Sequence record: OZ346228.1
Direction: 5' to 3' (one strand)
Length of the DNA stretch: 64,000 bases
Source of the DNA: a phage
Part shown: positions 9,310-18,928 of the stretch, one piece after another
Position numbering within the stretch: position 1 is the first letter of the stretch
How the letters are laid out: every line of letters begins with the position of its first letter
Translations under genes and position numbers: made by a program
Notes under the pieces: generated by a model
What the model was told of the DNA's origin: nothing
The model's input: only the letters and a program-made list of their open reading frames with translations
Databases searched by the model: none

Positions 9310-10686
9310 ATGCCATATTTAGATAAAGTGGTAGATGTTACAGTTAACCTCGGAACCCAGCCTATTGACACTGTAGGTTTCGAAACTCCCCTGTTCATCG
9401 CTATCCACAACAACTTTACTGAGCGAGCTCGCGTATATGCAGAGCTGGATCAGATGGTGGAAGATGGTTTCGCACAAGGCTCTGCAGCGTATGAGTTTGC
9501 AGCAAAAGCTTTTGGTGGTGTATTCCCTCCACAATACGTTATGATCGGCAGACAGGCCAAAGAAAAGACCACTGTAGATTTTAAAGGTATTGCTGCCGCA
9601 GCTGATACCGATGTCGTAATGACTATTGCAAAAGGTAGCTACAATACCTCTTTGATAGTCCCTATCTCTGGTGGAACAGCTGCAACTCAGATTGCAGAGT
9701 CAATGAAGACTAAAATCGAAGCAGATGATAACTTGTACGATATCACTGTAAAGGCTGCTGATGGTGTTATCACCATCACTGGTGACTGTACTGTTGGTTA
9801 CCATACTGGTAACTATACAATCAAAAATATCGCCAATGCTGAAAAACCTTCTACAGTAGTTGATAAGATCAATGCTGAGCGTGACAATTGGTACTTCCTG
9901 TGCCATGAAGACCACACCGACATTGAAGCATGTGCTAAGTGGGCTCAGGCTAACTACAAGCTGCATGTCTACTCTACTGCAGAAGATGTGACTGGTAAAG
10001 ATAATAACATCGCCACCAAACTGAAAGCTGCACAATATGACAGTGTCGGCATGTACGATCCTCGTGCAGATAAGGACTTCCCGGAGGGTGGTATCATAGG
10101 TGCTATGGCATCCAACGATCCGTCTTACGGCGACAGCTTGCACTTAAAACAGATGCCAGGTGTGATTGCACCGTCTCTGACTTTAACTCAGCGTATGGCT
10201 ATTTGGGAAAACCACGTTAACTTCTACAGAATGATTAACGGTGTTGGCGCTTTCTGGGAAGGTAAGTGTGCTTCAGGTCAGTATGCAGACGCTATTCGTT
10301 TTGCACACTGGATCAAGTTCAGATCTGAAGAATCTATGTTTGGGTACATGCATCGTCGCTCCAACATGGGTTTAAGCATGAAGATGTCTGATGATGATCT
10401 TCCGGTTATCAAGTCTGTCCTGATGAACAACCCAATCAACACTGGCATTAAGAATGGTGCGATCCTGACAGGTTTCGACGAAGACAATAATGTATTCTAC
10501 GACCCGATCATCACAGTTCCTAAACGTGCAGAAATCCCAACCAATCAGTTGGCTGCTCGTGTTCTGGAAGGTGTGAAAGTAGAACTGGTGTATAACAACG
10601 CCCTGCACTTCGTTCGTATCCGGATCAACGTTCTTCTGGACAAAGTTGGTTCTAAATCCACCAATGCTGTTGCAATGACTGAATAA
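9310..10686 (+). CDS. tail sheath protein (putative; alternatively major tail protein)
   Basis: 458 aa, strong codon bias, good RBS AGAGGA; followed by 157-aa tube-sized gene, chaperone pair and tape measure; contractile-tail baseplate markers present downstream. Confidence 0.5.
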   Translation: MPYLDKVVDVTVNLGTQPIDTVGFETPLFIAIHNNFTERARVYAELDQMVEDGFAQGSAAYEFAAKAFGGVFPPQYVMIGRQAKEKTTVDFKGIAAAADTDVVMTIAKGSYNTSLIVPISGGTAATQIAESMKTKIEADDNLYDITVKAADGVITITGDCTVGYHTGNYTIKNIANAEKPSTVVDKINAERDNWYFLCHEDHTDIEACAKWAQANYKLHVYSTAEDVTGKDNNIATKLKAAQYDSVGMYDPRADKDFPEGGIIGAMASNDPSYGDSLHLKQMPGVIAPSLTLTQRMAIWENHVNFYRMINGVGAFWEGKCASGQYADAIRFAHWIKFRSEESMFGYMHRRSNMGLSMKMSDDDLPVIKSVLMNNPINTGIKNGAILTGFDEDNNVFYDPIITVPKRAEIPTNQLAARVLEGVKVELVYNNALHFVRIRINVLLDKVGSKSTNAVAMTE

Positions 10687-10696
10687 GGAAGACTAG

Positions 10697-11170
10697 ATGG
10701 AAACTCAAATTTTAACTCCTTATGCGTATGACCCTAAAAAGGTCAAACTGTACCTGATGCAGCAGCGTGTCACTGGCTTCGCTGCTGACACCAAGATCGT
10801 TGTTTCAAGAAACGAAGACAACATCTACCCTCACGTTGGTGTGGATGGCGAAATGTCTGCGGCCCTGTCTCGTAACCAATCTGGTGTTATGACTGTATCT
10901 TTGCAGAACACTTCTGTATGGAACGCTTACCTTTCTGACTGGCAGAAACAGGCATCGATTACTGGTCTGGTATTCTTCCCAGTTCTGCTGGAAGGTAGCC
11001 AGGGTCCTGGTATTTCCACAATTGGTTGGATCCAGAAACAGCCTGACCTGACTTACGGAACCGAAGTAGGTCAGCTGGACTGGGATATCGGTATTCTGGA
11101 TGCATGGCTCAACCGTGATAACATCACTGGTGCTCTTACTGGCCTCGCAGGTCTTGCAGGTATTATCTAA
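10697..11170 (+). CDS. tail tube protein (putative)
   Basis: 157-aa ORF directly after sheath-sized gene; terminator immediately downstream. Confidence 0.5.
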   Translation: METQILTPYAYDPKKVKLYLMQQRVTGFAADTKIVVSRNEDNIYPHVGVDGEMSAALSRNQSGVMTVSLQNTSVWNAYLSDWQKQASITGLVFFPVLLEGSQGPGISTIGWIQKQPDLTYGTEVGQLDWDIGILDAWLNRDNITGALTGLAGLAGII

Positions 11171-11188
11171 GGGCACACTTTAGCATAA

Positions 11189-11214
11189 GCCTCACCTTCG
11201 GGTGGGGCTTTTTG
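11189..11214 (+). terminator. rho-independent terminator
   Basis: GCCTCACC-TTCG-GGTGGGGC then TTTTT, after tube gene. Confidence 0.7.
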
Positions 11215-11260
11215 CTTTTATGGTTTTGACACACGTTCTTGAATTGCTTGAAAGGTTAAA

Positions 11261-11289
11261 TTGACAATGCACCATAATCATGGTAAAAT
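11261..11289 (+). promoter_or_regulatory. sigma70-like promoter, consensus -35 and extended -10
   Basis: TTGACA (11261..11266), 17-nt spacer, TGgTAAAAT (11281..11289); between tube terminator and chaperone gene. Confidence 0.6.
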
Positions 11290-11332
11290 ACACAAATATG
11301 GTGCACAACATGACTAATAAGGATGCTATAAA

Positions 11333-11806
11333 ATGGCTATAAACTTTAGACCTACAACAGAGATTGATTTAGCAGGGCACAACTTTGTGATCACCCACTG
11401 GGGACCGATGAAAGCAATGAAAAACATGCCTAAAATCGGTAAGATTGTGGCTGTCCCGCTAGGTGCTATCGGTGGTTCTATTATCTCTGGTGGTCAGAAT
11501 ATGGCAGAGGTCCTTCCTACTGCTCTGGCTTACCTGTTCCAAGAACTTGATGATAGCTCTATTGAAGAGTTATTTAAAATCTTGTTCGAAGATATTACCG
11601 TAGATGGTGTGGATAAGCTTAACCCAGATGTTGTGTTTGCAGGGCATCTGCTGGAGATGATTAAGCTGGCAGGTAAGGTTCTGGAGGTTAACTACGGCTG
11701 TTTTTTCACACAAGACGGTTTAGGAAGCCTTCTGGAGATGTTACAGCAGATGGGTATGATTCAGCAGGTGAACAACCTGGATCAGACTCCGGAAGAGCAG
11801 GAATAA
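11333..11806 (+). CDS. tail assembly chaperone (zero-frame product)
   Basis: 157-aa acidic protein directly upstream of tape measure; contains slippery heptamer TTTTTTC at 11701..11707. Confidence 0.65.
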   Translation: MAINFRPTTEIDLAGHNFVITHWGPMKAMKNMPKIGKIVAVPLGAIGGSIISGGQNMAEVLPTALAYLFQELDDSSIEELFKILFEDITVDGVDKLNPDVVFAGHLLEMIKLAGKVLEVNYGCFFTQDGLGSLLEMLQQMGMIQQVNNLDQTPEEQE

Positions 11807-12066
11807 GCAAGGTTGTTGTGAGGGCCAGTGAGTGGGCAGCCAAGAACAGTTCACTCAACTGGTTCGACTTTCTTTGGTGCAGGGTGCTCAAGAATTTCAA
11901 AGGGGAAAATTTTGAATCGCTAAATCTTGCAGATATGGCGTATTTTCTGAAGCTCTGTGAGTATCTTGATATCGAAGAATTCCTAGATACCGTCCAAAAC
12001 AGGGAAATGGAGCGGGAGCAGAAGGCTGCCGCAGCTGCTGCGAAAGCTAAGCGCAGGAGAGGATAA
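11333..12066 (+). CDS. tail assembly chaperone, predicted -1 frameshift fusion product
   Basis: -1 frame is open from 11692 to 12066 and spans the slippery site; classic chaperone frameshift arrangement before the tape measure gene. Confidence 0.55.
11701..11707 (+). other. -1 programmed ribosomal frameshift slippery heptamer (T TTT TTC)
   Basis: Zero-frame codons tgT TTT TTC in chaperone gene; -1 frame open 11692..12066. Confidence 0.55.
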
Positions 12067-12071
12067 TCTAA

Positions 12072-12106
12072 GGGCCGGATTCCTTTTCTGGGATCTGGCC
12101 CTTTTT
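12072..12106 (+). terminator. rho-independent terminator (putative)
   Basis: GGGCCGGAT...ATCTGGCCC imperfect stem then TTTTT, between chaperone and tape measure. Confidence 0.5.
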
Positions 12107-12120
12107 ATTATGAGGAAACC

Positions 12121-14457
12121 ATGGCTACAAACAAAATAGTTGCCACAACAGTCAACAAGATTGGCTTTGAGATAGAGAACTCCTCCTACAAAAAAGCTGT
12201 AGAGAAAATTCGCAGTATTGGGAGGGAGTTCAGGAAACTAGGTGAGGATTTTAACTCAGCCAACCCCATGAGCAGATGGCAGGCGGTAGCTGTTAAAACC
12301 CAGCAGACAATGCAGCGGGTTGCCAGACAGCAATCTCAGGCAAATGCTAAGCTGCACAGGGAGAGCGTAGCACAGGCCAAGAAAGAGGCTGCAGTAAGAG
12401 CTGCAATAGAACGTAGGGAGAATGCGAGACGTAAACAAGCTGTAGGTAATCTTACCGCTAAAAATCCAGAAATGGCTAGGATGCGTAAGTTCTACCAGCA
12501 GCAAGCTAAAGAGGCCAAAAAGGCTGCCAAATCTGCACCAGTGTCTTACGGCGGTTATAAGCCACCTAAGGCAAGAGTTCTGGCTAATGCTAAAGCTTTC
12601 AAATATATCCCCAGTAACCCTAATATGGGTGGTGTGGCTTCCGACCCTAATCTTGTGAAAGCTCAGACAGCTGCTATGAATCGTTATCATAGACAGCTAA
12701 GAAGGGACGGTAAAGCTGGTATGGATAATAGGCTTATGTCGGATCGTGAGGCAAGAAGAACCCACCTCTACAACTCCGCGATAAGACTTTCTGCCAAGTA
12801 TGGTGCCGGATTCCGTGGAAGCTTGCCAGGATACTCAGAGTTAGAGTCCAGGTTTGCTCGCGGGGAGATGAAAAAGTCAACCTTTAACGCCCACCTGTCA
12901 GCGCTGCAGTCTGGATTTAAAAGTGCCACCAGCCAAACGCTTACACTAGGCGATGCCATGAGAGACTTACGTAGATCTGTTATTAATGCAACAGCTGCGT
13001 ATACAGCTTTTTCTGGATTTGCTGCGGTTAACAGATCCGGTCACATGATGGAGGGGGCAAGTGCTGCTCTTACTGCTGTTACTGGAGATCCAAACAAAGC
13101 CAACAGTGAGGTTGCGTTTGTCCAGCAAGAGGCTATGCGTCTTGGTTTTGATCTCAAATCTGGTCTTCAAGGTTACGCCCAGATGTCGGTAAACGCCAAA
13201 AACCAGATGACAAATCAGGAAGTGCATGAGTTGTTTTCTGCATACTCCCAGTATGCTGCTGCTTATGGTGCCGATGAGGTAAAATACCAGCGCGGTATTA
13301 TGGCAATCCAACAGATGCTCGGTAAAGGGCAAGTAATGTCCGAAGAACTGAAGCAACAACTTGCTGAAGCATTGCCTGGTGCATACGAACCTTTTATCAA
13401 GGCCACCAAAGAGGCTTTTGGTCTTTCTGAACTCTCCATGGATCAGTTCATGGACATGATGAAGAAAGGTGAGGTTAAAACAGCCAAGATCATGAAGTAT
13501 GTGGCTAAGTACATGAACGAGGCATCTGCAGCTGGTTATGAAAGAATGCAGAAGTCTAACGTGCTGGCAGAAAACAGACTGAAAACCTTCATCGAACTGA
13601 CTCGTCAGAAACTGTTCACCCGTTGGTCTGACGAACTAACAGAGTTCTATTATACACTAATCCGCACTGGTGAGACTCTGCAATTTGTGTGGGATGCCTC
13701 TGGTGATTTTGTTAGCGGGTTTGTGAGAGGCCTTAACTGGGTAGTTGGCGAACTAAACAACACTATAGTCAAGATCCGCATGTTTTTCCTTGAATGGGGG
13801 ATTAAATGGGGATTCATAACAGCTAAGACGAAGGAATATTCTGAAGAGCTTCATGACACCTTTAGCTATGCTAAATGGGCAGGGTTTGCTGCTGCCATCA
13901 TGCTGGTAGTCAATGCCCTAACAAAAGGTTTTGTCATGGCATCCATGCTTGTAAAAACCTTTAAATTCCTTAACTCTTTAAGGGGTGCAGCTGGAGCAGC
14001 GGGTGCCGCTACTACAGAAGGATCTGGTGGTGGAGCTCCGGCAGGAAAAGGTGGGGGTGGCCTCAAGACACCTGGTGGCAAAGTTGGTCTGCTCGGTAAG
14101 CTGGGCATTATCGGTACAATACTAAGCGCTGGGGAATTATTTAATGACCGTTACAACCCACTAAGTGAAAGAAATCAGCAGCTGGATACTATCAGCGATA
14201 TGATTCGCAAAGATATCATATCGGGAGGTAGCGGATTTGTTAATCCTTTGGACACCTTACCGGGCGGGACTCTTCCGTTGCCAGGTGGCCCTGGTTTTGC
14301 TTCTCAATTAAGAACTATGGAAATGCTACCTTTAGAGATCAGTGATGGGAAAATCACGATTTCAATAGATGAGGGTGAGTTTAACAAAATATTTGATGCA
14401 AAACTTGAGTGGGAGAACAATAAAGATATCAACTTCATGTCTACCGACCTTTGGTAA
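12121..14457 (+). CDS. tail tape measure protein
   Basis: 778 aa, helical and Ala/Gln/Lys-rich with Gly-rich segment GAAGAAGAATTEGSGGGAPAGKGGGG; follows chaperone pair. Confidence 0.8.
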   Translation: MATNKIVATTVNKIGFEIENSSYKKAVEKIRSIGREFRKLGEDFNSANPMSRWQAVAVKTQQTMQRVARQQSQANAKLHRESVAQAKKEAAVRAAIERRENARRKQAVGNLTAKNPEMARMRKFYQQQAKEAKKAAKSAPVSYGGYKPPKARVLANAKAFKYIPSNPNMGGVASDPNLVKAQTAAMNRYHRQLRRDGKAGMDNRLMSDREARRTHLYNSAIRLSAKYGAGFRGSLPGYSELESRFARGEMKKSTFNAHLSALQSGFKSATSQTLTLGDAMRDLRRSVINATAAYTAFSGFAAVNRSGHMMEGASAALTAVTGDPNKANSEVAFVQQEAMRLGFDLKSGLQGYAQMSVNAKNQMTNQEVHELFSAYSQYAAAYGADEVKYQRGIMAIQQMLGKGQVMSEELKQQLAEALPGAYEPFIKATKEAFGLSELSMDQFMDMMKKGEVKTAKIMKYVAKYMNEASAAGYERMQKSNVLAENRLKTFIELTRQKLFTRWSDELTEFYYTLIRTGETLQFVWDASGDFVSGFVRGLNWVVGELNNTIVKIRMFFLEWGIKWGFITAKTKEYSEELHDTFSYAKWAGFAAAIMLVVNALTKGFVMASMLVKTFKFLNSLRGAAGAAGAATTEGSGGGAPAGKGGGGLKTPGGKVGLLGKLGIIGTILSAGELFNDRYNPLSERNQQLDTISDMIRKDIISGGSGFVNPLDTLPGGTLPLPGGPGFASQLRTMEMLPLEISDGKITISIDEGEFNKIFDAKLEWENNKDINFMSTDLW

Positions 14458-14468
14458 TAAACTGTGCA

Positions 14469-14492
14469 GGGGGCTCCGGCCCCCTTTATTTT
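14469..14492 (+). terminator. rho-independent terminator
   Basis: GGGGGC-TCCG-GCCCCC then TTTATTTT, after tape measure gene. Confidence 0.7.
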
Positions 14493-14499
14493 ATCGGTG

Positions 14500-14528
14500 T
14501 TGTAAAAACGGCTATTTTATGATACAAT
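14500..14528 (+). promoter_or_regulatory. sigma70-like promoter, extended -10
   Basis: TTGTAA, 17-nt spacer, TGaTACAAT; after tape-measure terminator. Confidence 0.45.
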
Positions 14529-14561
14529 ATCTAGATGGTATCGGAGTGTCCTGGAGAGGTT

Positions 14562-15446
14562 ATGCCAAGCAATATAGTTGATGAAAAAGACCTGTACAAG
14601 CCTCAAGAGGTTAAATCTCCAAAGGCTGAAAAGGCAGAACAGCAAACTGAAAGCGATGTAAAGTACACTATGTTTGTCAGCGGTCTTAACTATGGTGGTC
14701 GCAATACGGAGATGAAGGGTAAAAACTTTACTAACGATCTTGCCATCATCTTCGATCAGGTTGAGAATTACTCTTTCAAACATTCTGTTGATAAGACTGG
14801 GTTTGCGGTGGAAGATAAATCTACCCTGTCAGACCACGCTGTAATTAAAGATGGTGTATTTTCTTTTACTGGTAGGGTAAATACATCACCACATATAATC
14901 TATGAGCAAAACTACATTGACAGGAATACTGACTCTAAAAACCCTGCAGCGTCTATGCGACCAGGCGCTGCACTGGAGGCTTTGACTGAGATCATTAATA
15001 AGCGCCAGTTGGTTTCTTTGGTTACCGAGGAGAGACTCCTTGAGAACTACATCATAACCAGCCTTTCTGCCAACAAGTCTGTTGGTGAAGGTGCTGCGAT
15101 GGTGTTTGATGTAGAACTTACAGAGTTCCGCACATTCTACTTGAACAAGGTTGTTAATGCAACTGTATACAGCAACCCTAAGAAAGTAGGCAAGACCCAG
15201 CAAAAAGGTGCTGTCAACGACTGTAAGAATGGCAGTAACGTAGGTAACAAGAGGGACACAGGGGCATTTGCAGACACTGCATCCACAAATGCCGCAGAAG
15301 AGTGGCAGCCCTACAAATCTATGATGTGGACGGATGAAAACGGTGTTACTCAATCTGCTGCGGATTGGTATTATCAGGAATATGGAAGACCTTCTACCAT
15401 AGTCCCATCTGAGCAGGGAAACTACAACAAAGTTAACGGAAAATAA
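14562..15446 (+). CDS. tail/baseplate protein (hypothetical)
   Basis: ATG at 14562 after RBS GGAGAGG and promoter-like TTGTAA-17-TGaTACAAT; first gene after tape measure. Confidence 0.4.
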   Translation: MPSNIVDEKDLYKPQEVKSPKAEKAEQQTESDVKYTMFVSGLNYGGRNTEMKGKNFTNDLAIIFDQVENYSFKHSVDKTGFAVEDKSTLSDHAVIKDGVFSFTGRVNTSPHIIYEQNYIDRNTDSKNPAASMRPGAALEALTEIINKRQLVSLVTEERLLENYIITSLSANKSVGEGAAMVFDVELTEFRTFYLNKVVNATVYSNPKKVGKTQQKGAVNDCKNGSNVGNKRDTGAFADTASTNAAEEWQPYKSMMWTDENGVTQSAADWYYQEYGRPSTIVPSEQGNYNKVNGK

Positions 15447-15458
15447 GGGGAGCGTGTA

Positions 15459-15839
15459 ATGGAACTTAAAGATTGGTGCATAATCACCTTTGTGTGGGAC
15501 ATTGACGGCTTTCCTGATCAAACCATGCGTGTTGTTTTAGACAATGAGACGTATGAAATGCGTATGCAATGGAATGAGAGGGATGAGTCCTGGTGGTTAT
15601 CTCTTGGTCCGGTAGGTGACAGCCCTTTAGTAACCAGAAAAGTAACAGCTTGTCAAGATATTTTAGACGGACTGCATTACAGAGACGATTTACCGAAAGG
15701 TAGATTGATGGCGCTGTCGTTTAAAGACGATCAATATTGGGGCAGGGTTGGAAGATATAACCTTGGGGCGAGATCTGAGCTACAACTTGTATACGGCACC
15801 CCGGTTGATCTTTACAAGGAACAGCAAGGGTTAGAATAA
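15459..15839 (+). CDS. tail/baseplate protein (hypothetical)
   Basis: 126-aa ORF, RBS AAGGGGAG; tail-module context. Confidence 0.35.
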   Translation: MELKDWCIITFVWDIDGFPDQTMRVVLDNETYEMRMQWNERDESWWLSLGPVGDSPLVTRKVTACQDILDGLHYRDDLPKGRLMALSFKDDQYWGRVGRYNLGARSELQLVYGTPVDLYKEQQGLE

Positions 15840-16843
15840 TGGCAGAGTACAGACGTAGAACATGGCGATTATTGTTTGGTCGTCCTGTAGAACATGGCGG
15901 TAAATCAAAAACCAATATCCCAAAATCTGTTGAAAAGAAAGGGGAGAGTGATTCCGGAGTTTATGAAGTTAGCTCAGACACTGGTGCTGCCAATGTAGAG
16001 TTTGACATACAAAAGGACAATACCAAAGAGCCAAACAAAGGTTATGTGACAGTTTACAACCTGTCTGACGATACAGTTAACTATCTGGATATGCATCAGG
16101 CTGATGCCCTTGCAGTTATGTTTGAAGCTGGCTATGATAATGAGAACCAGTTGATATTCTCCGGAACTGTGGAGTTTGTTGAAGACAGGTGGGAAGGTCC
16201 GACCAGAAAAACTAAGTTCATCTTTGGGGATGGCACTGAGAACATCATTAAGTGCCAAAGCACAAGATCTTATCAGAAAGGTACACCTCTGAACTCTGTG
16301 CTTAATGACCTACTGAAGGATATGAACTTGCCAAAAGGTAGGGTTGTTGGTTTTGGAAACCAGACTTTGCAATACTCTATGGCTTTCTCTGGAAACACTG
16401 CAGAGAACCTCCGCAGGTTTGCAAGGCTGACCAACTCAACATTTAGCGTTCAGGATGGGGCTTTGTATTGGACCAAGGTTGGAAAAAGGTTCAAAGACTC
16501 TGTGTTTGAAATAAGTGCAGAGTCTGGGATGCACGGATCTCCTACCCCTAAAAACCCAGAACCTGCTAAAAAACGAAAAGCTAAAGCTGCTGCCAAAGGT
16601 GGTTCGACATCTAAAAAGAAAAAGAAAAACCCGAGAGAGGATGTTGGCCTTACTGTAACCACATGCCTTAACGGAGCTATCCTCCCAGAGTCCACTATTT
16701 ATCTTAAAAGCAAGCAATATACAGGCTTCTATAAGGTGATCACGGTGCATCATAAGGGCACCATAGAAGGTGGTGATTACACTACAGAGCTTGGTCTTGG
16801 GGAAACAGTGGGTGGAGTTGTTGACAAAACTGAGGAGGTATAA
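15839..16843 (+). CDS. baseplate hub-like protein (putative)
   Basis: 334 aa; overlapping start; contains unusual Lys-rich stretch KKRKAKAAAKGGSTSKKKKKN; lies upstream of spike-like and gp25-like genes. Confidence 0.35.
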   Translation: MAEYRRRTWRLLFGRPVEHGGKSKTNIPKSVEKKGESDSGVYEVSSDTGAANVEFDIQKDNTKEPNKGYVTVYNLSDDTVNYLDMHQADALAVMFEAGYDNENQLIFSGTVEFVEDRWEGPTRKTKFIFGDGTENIIKCQSTRSYQKGTPLNSVLNDLLKDMNLPKGRVVGFGNQTLQYSMAFSGNTAENLRRFARLTNSTFSVQDGALYWTKVGKRFKDSVFEISAESGMHGSPTPKNPEPAKKRKAKAAAKGGSTSKKKKKNPREDVGLTVTTCLNGAILPESTIYLKSKQYTGFYKVITVHHKGTIEGGDYTTELGLGETVGGVVDKTEEV

Positions 16844-17520
16844 TGGCAATAAATAGGAAAGATGCTGCTGTAAGATCTTTTATAGAAAAAATAATGAGGG
16901 ACTACCACACCAGTATCAGGGCCAGAGTTGTCAGTGTAGACTACAGTATACCTTCTGCAGCCGTGCAGCCAATAGCTGAAACTACGTTTGATGACGGAGA
17001 TGTGGAGAGATACCCTCTTATCTATGACGTTCCAATTCAGGTGATGTCTGCAAACAGCGGAAAGGCAAGGTTAACACTCCCTATTAAGGCTGGAGATGTT
17101 GTAGGATTGCAGTTTTCAGAGAGAAATGAAAACAATAACGACGATCAACAAACTCACGGCCTGTTTCCAGGGTGGGCAATCACCTCTGTTCATTCAGACT
17201 CAAACGCCTTACAGATCGATCCTGATAACGTAGAGTTATGGAATGATAGGGTTTATTTTAAACTGACACCTTCTGGCGATTTTGAGCTTCAAACACCTGG
17301 TGGGACATTACGGTGCGACAGCAGCGGGGAGTTTTCTTTCACTAACGGGGCTGCCAATTTGCGAGCTGCTGTGGATGGGAATATCAGAATGAATGGTGCT
17401 ACAATAGACCCATCTGGTAGAATTATAACTGCTGCTGGCGTGGATTTGGATTCATTCTATGCAGAATATAAAGGTCATACCCACTCTTGCCCTGATGGCG
17501 AGACAAGTGGACCGCACTAA
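16843..17520 (+). CDS. baseplate central spike-like protein (putative)
   Basis: 225 aa; His/Cys-containing C-terminal tip HTHSCPDGETSGPH; immediately upstream of gp25-like gene. Confidence 0.4.
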   Translation: MAINRKDAAVRSFIEKIMRDYHTSIRARVVSVDYSIPSAAVQPIAETTFDDGDVERYPLIYDVPIQVMSANSGKARLTLPIKAGDVVGLQFSERNENNNDDQQTHGLFPGWAITSVHSDSNALQIDPDNVELWNDRVYFKLTPSGDFELQTPGGTLRCDSSGEFSFTNGAANLRAAVDGNIRMNGATIDPSGRIITAAGVDLDSFYAEYKGHTHSCPDGETSGPH

Positions 17521-17532
17521 TAGAGGGCTTTC

Positions 17533-18249
17533 ATGGCTACGCTTTATAGTGATATATTGATGGACCCGCAGACAGGCGATTTGGCGATAGACAAAGGTCT
17601 TGAGTTGATAGATTCAAACCAGGTAAGTCTGCGCCAGCGCTTGTGGATGAGGTTTAATACGTGGAAGGGGAGCTGGTACTTTGACGAGCTGTTTGGCTTC
17701 CCTTATATGGACTTTCTCAGCAAGAAGGTCATGAAGACTGTTCTTGATAACAAGATCATGGAAGTGGCAAGACAAGAGCCGGATGTGCTAAACATCATAA
17801 ACTTCCAGTCTACCATGGACCGAAGATCGAGAACATACCAAGCGTTCTTCGAGGTTGTTACCAAAGAGAACGAGATTGTAAGGCTGGCTTTCGTAGGTCT
17901 TGATCAGTTCACCTACCCACAGCCTGATTCTGGGACAACCTCTCTCTGTGATGATGAGGGTTGGATTAAGTGGGCTAATAAACTGTACTATCTGATCAAC
18001 TTCAGATTGCCTAGAACAGGAGATGCCACATGGTGGAACCAGTATGCTGGCCCTGAGATGGAAAACCCGATCCCTGTAGGCTCTCTGTTGACTCAGGATA
18101 AAGATCTGCTGATGACTGAGGCAGAACAAACCATTAACCGCAATACCTGGACGCTTGCTCCAGATGAGCGCGAATACTCTGGTGTTATTGCTACCTCCAA
18201 TGATGAGGCTATTGCCAACCAGTCTGGTCGTGCTATTGATGTTAACTAA
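17533..18249 (+). CDS. baseplate wedge protein, gp25/gpW-like N-terminal domain
   Basis: N-terminus TLYSDI..SLRQRL..NTWKGSWYFDELFG matches T4 gp25 pattern KLYSDI..T.KGSRPFDPEFG recalled from memory; 238 aa is longer than typical gp25. Confidence 0.6.
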   Translation: MATLYSDILMDPQTGDLAIDKGLELIDSNQVSLRQRLWMRFNTWKGSWYFDELFGFPYMDFLSKKVMKTVLDNKIMEVARQEPDVLNIINFQSTMDRRSRTYQAFFEVVTKENEIVRLAFVGLDQFTYPQPDSGTTSLCDDEGWIKWANKLYYLINFRLPRTGDATWWNQYAGPEMENPIPVGSLLTQDKDLLMTEAEQTINRNTWTLAPDEREYSGVIATSNDEAIANQSGRAIDVN

Positions 18250-18258
18250 GGAGAAATC

Positions 18259-18927
18259 ATGGCTGTAGCTTATCCTACAATACCAATTCCAGATCTTGAA
18301 GATGCAGAAACAGTCCTGAGTGATGACTTCTTGGTTGTCAACCAGACTGATGGGACAAGAAAGGCTAAGATTGACGATGTTGTCAACGATCTTAGTATTA
18401 CTAAGATAGTCTATTTCACAGAGGGTGGTTATCTTAAGAGCAAGAAGGACTTTGCTTATGACCCAGAGACTAAGCGCTACTACACGTGGAACGGGGATTA
18501 TCCTAAAATAATCCTCCCAGACTCCACCGTAGAGGGTGCTGGGGGCGTGTCTGCAAATGCCTGGTCTGTTTTTGGTGAGCTTGCTGCAACTTCTTCTGGC
18601 AGAATAGTTGATTACGGATCTATCGGTGGTCAGCTTGATATGGATCTTGAAGTTGCGGATACCTTTAAGGTTCGACTAACTTCAAATACCACAATCTCTT
18701 TTGAAAATCAAACAGAAGGTCTTGAAGGGGTGGCGAGAACTATAACCGTATGCATTACTCAGACCTCTGGCGGCAACAAAGTCTATTGGCCTGGTAATGT
18801 TAAATGGTCCTACGGAAGAGATCCTATCCTAACATTTACAGCTGGTGCAACAGATATTTTCAAGTTGGAAACCTACGACAACGGGTTAACTTGGTACGGG
18901 GCACTGATTATCGCAGGAGCTATCTAA
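18259..18927 (+). CDS. receptor-binding protein anchor-domain protein (putative)
   Basis: 222 aa; N-terminal region is paralogous to N-terminus of 21562..22713 (DD.LVV.Q.D.TR.KI.DVV ... EGG.L ... FAY). Confidence 0.45.
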   Translation: MAVAYPTIPIPDLEDAETVLSDDFLVVNQTDGTRKAKIDDVVNDLSITKIVYFTEGGYLKSKKDFAYDPETKRYYTWNGDYPKIILPDSTVEGAGGVSANAWSVFGELAATSSGRIVDYGSIGGQLDMDLEVADTFKVRLTSNTTISFENQTEGLEGVARTITVCITQTSGGNKVYWPGNVKWSYGRDPILTFTAGATDIFKLETYDNGLTWYGALIIAGAI

Positions 18928-18928
18928 G

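Noticed and set aside
14886-15521. 211-aa reverse-strand ORF
   Set aside because: Antisense to 14562..15446 and 15459..15839; no start context.
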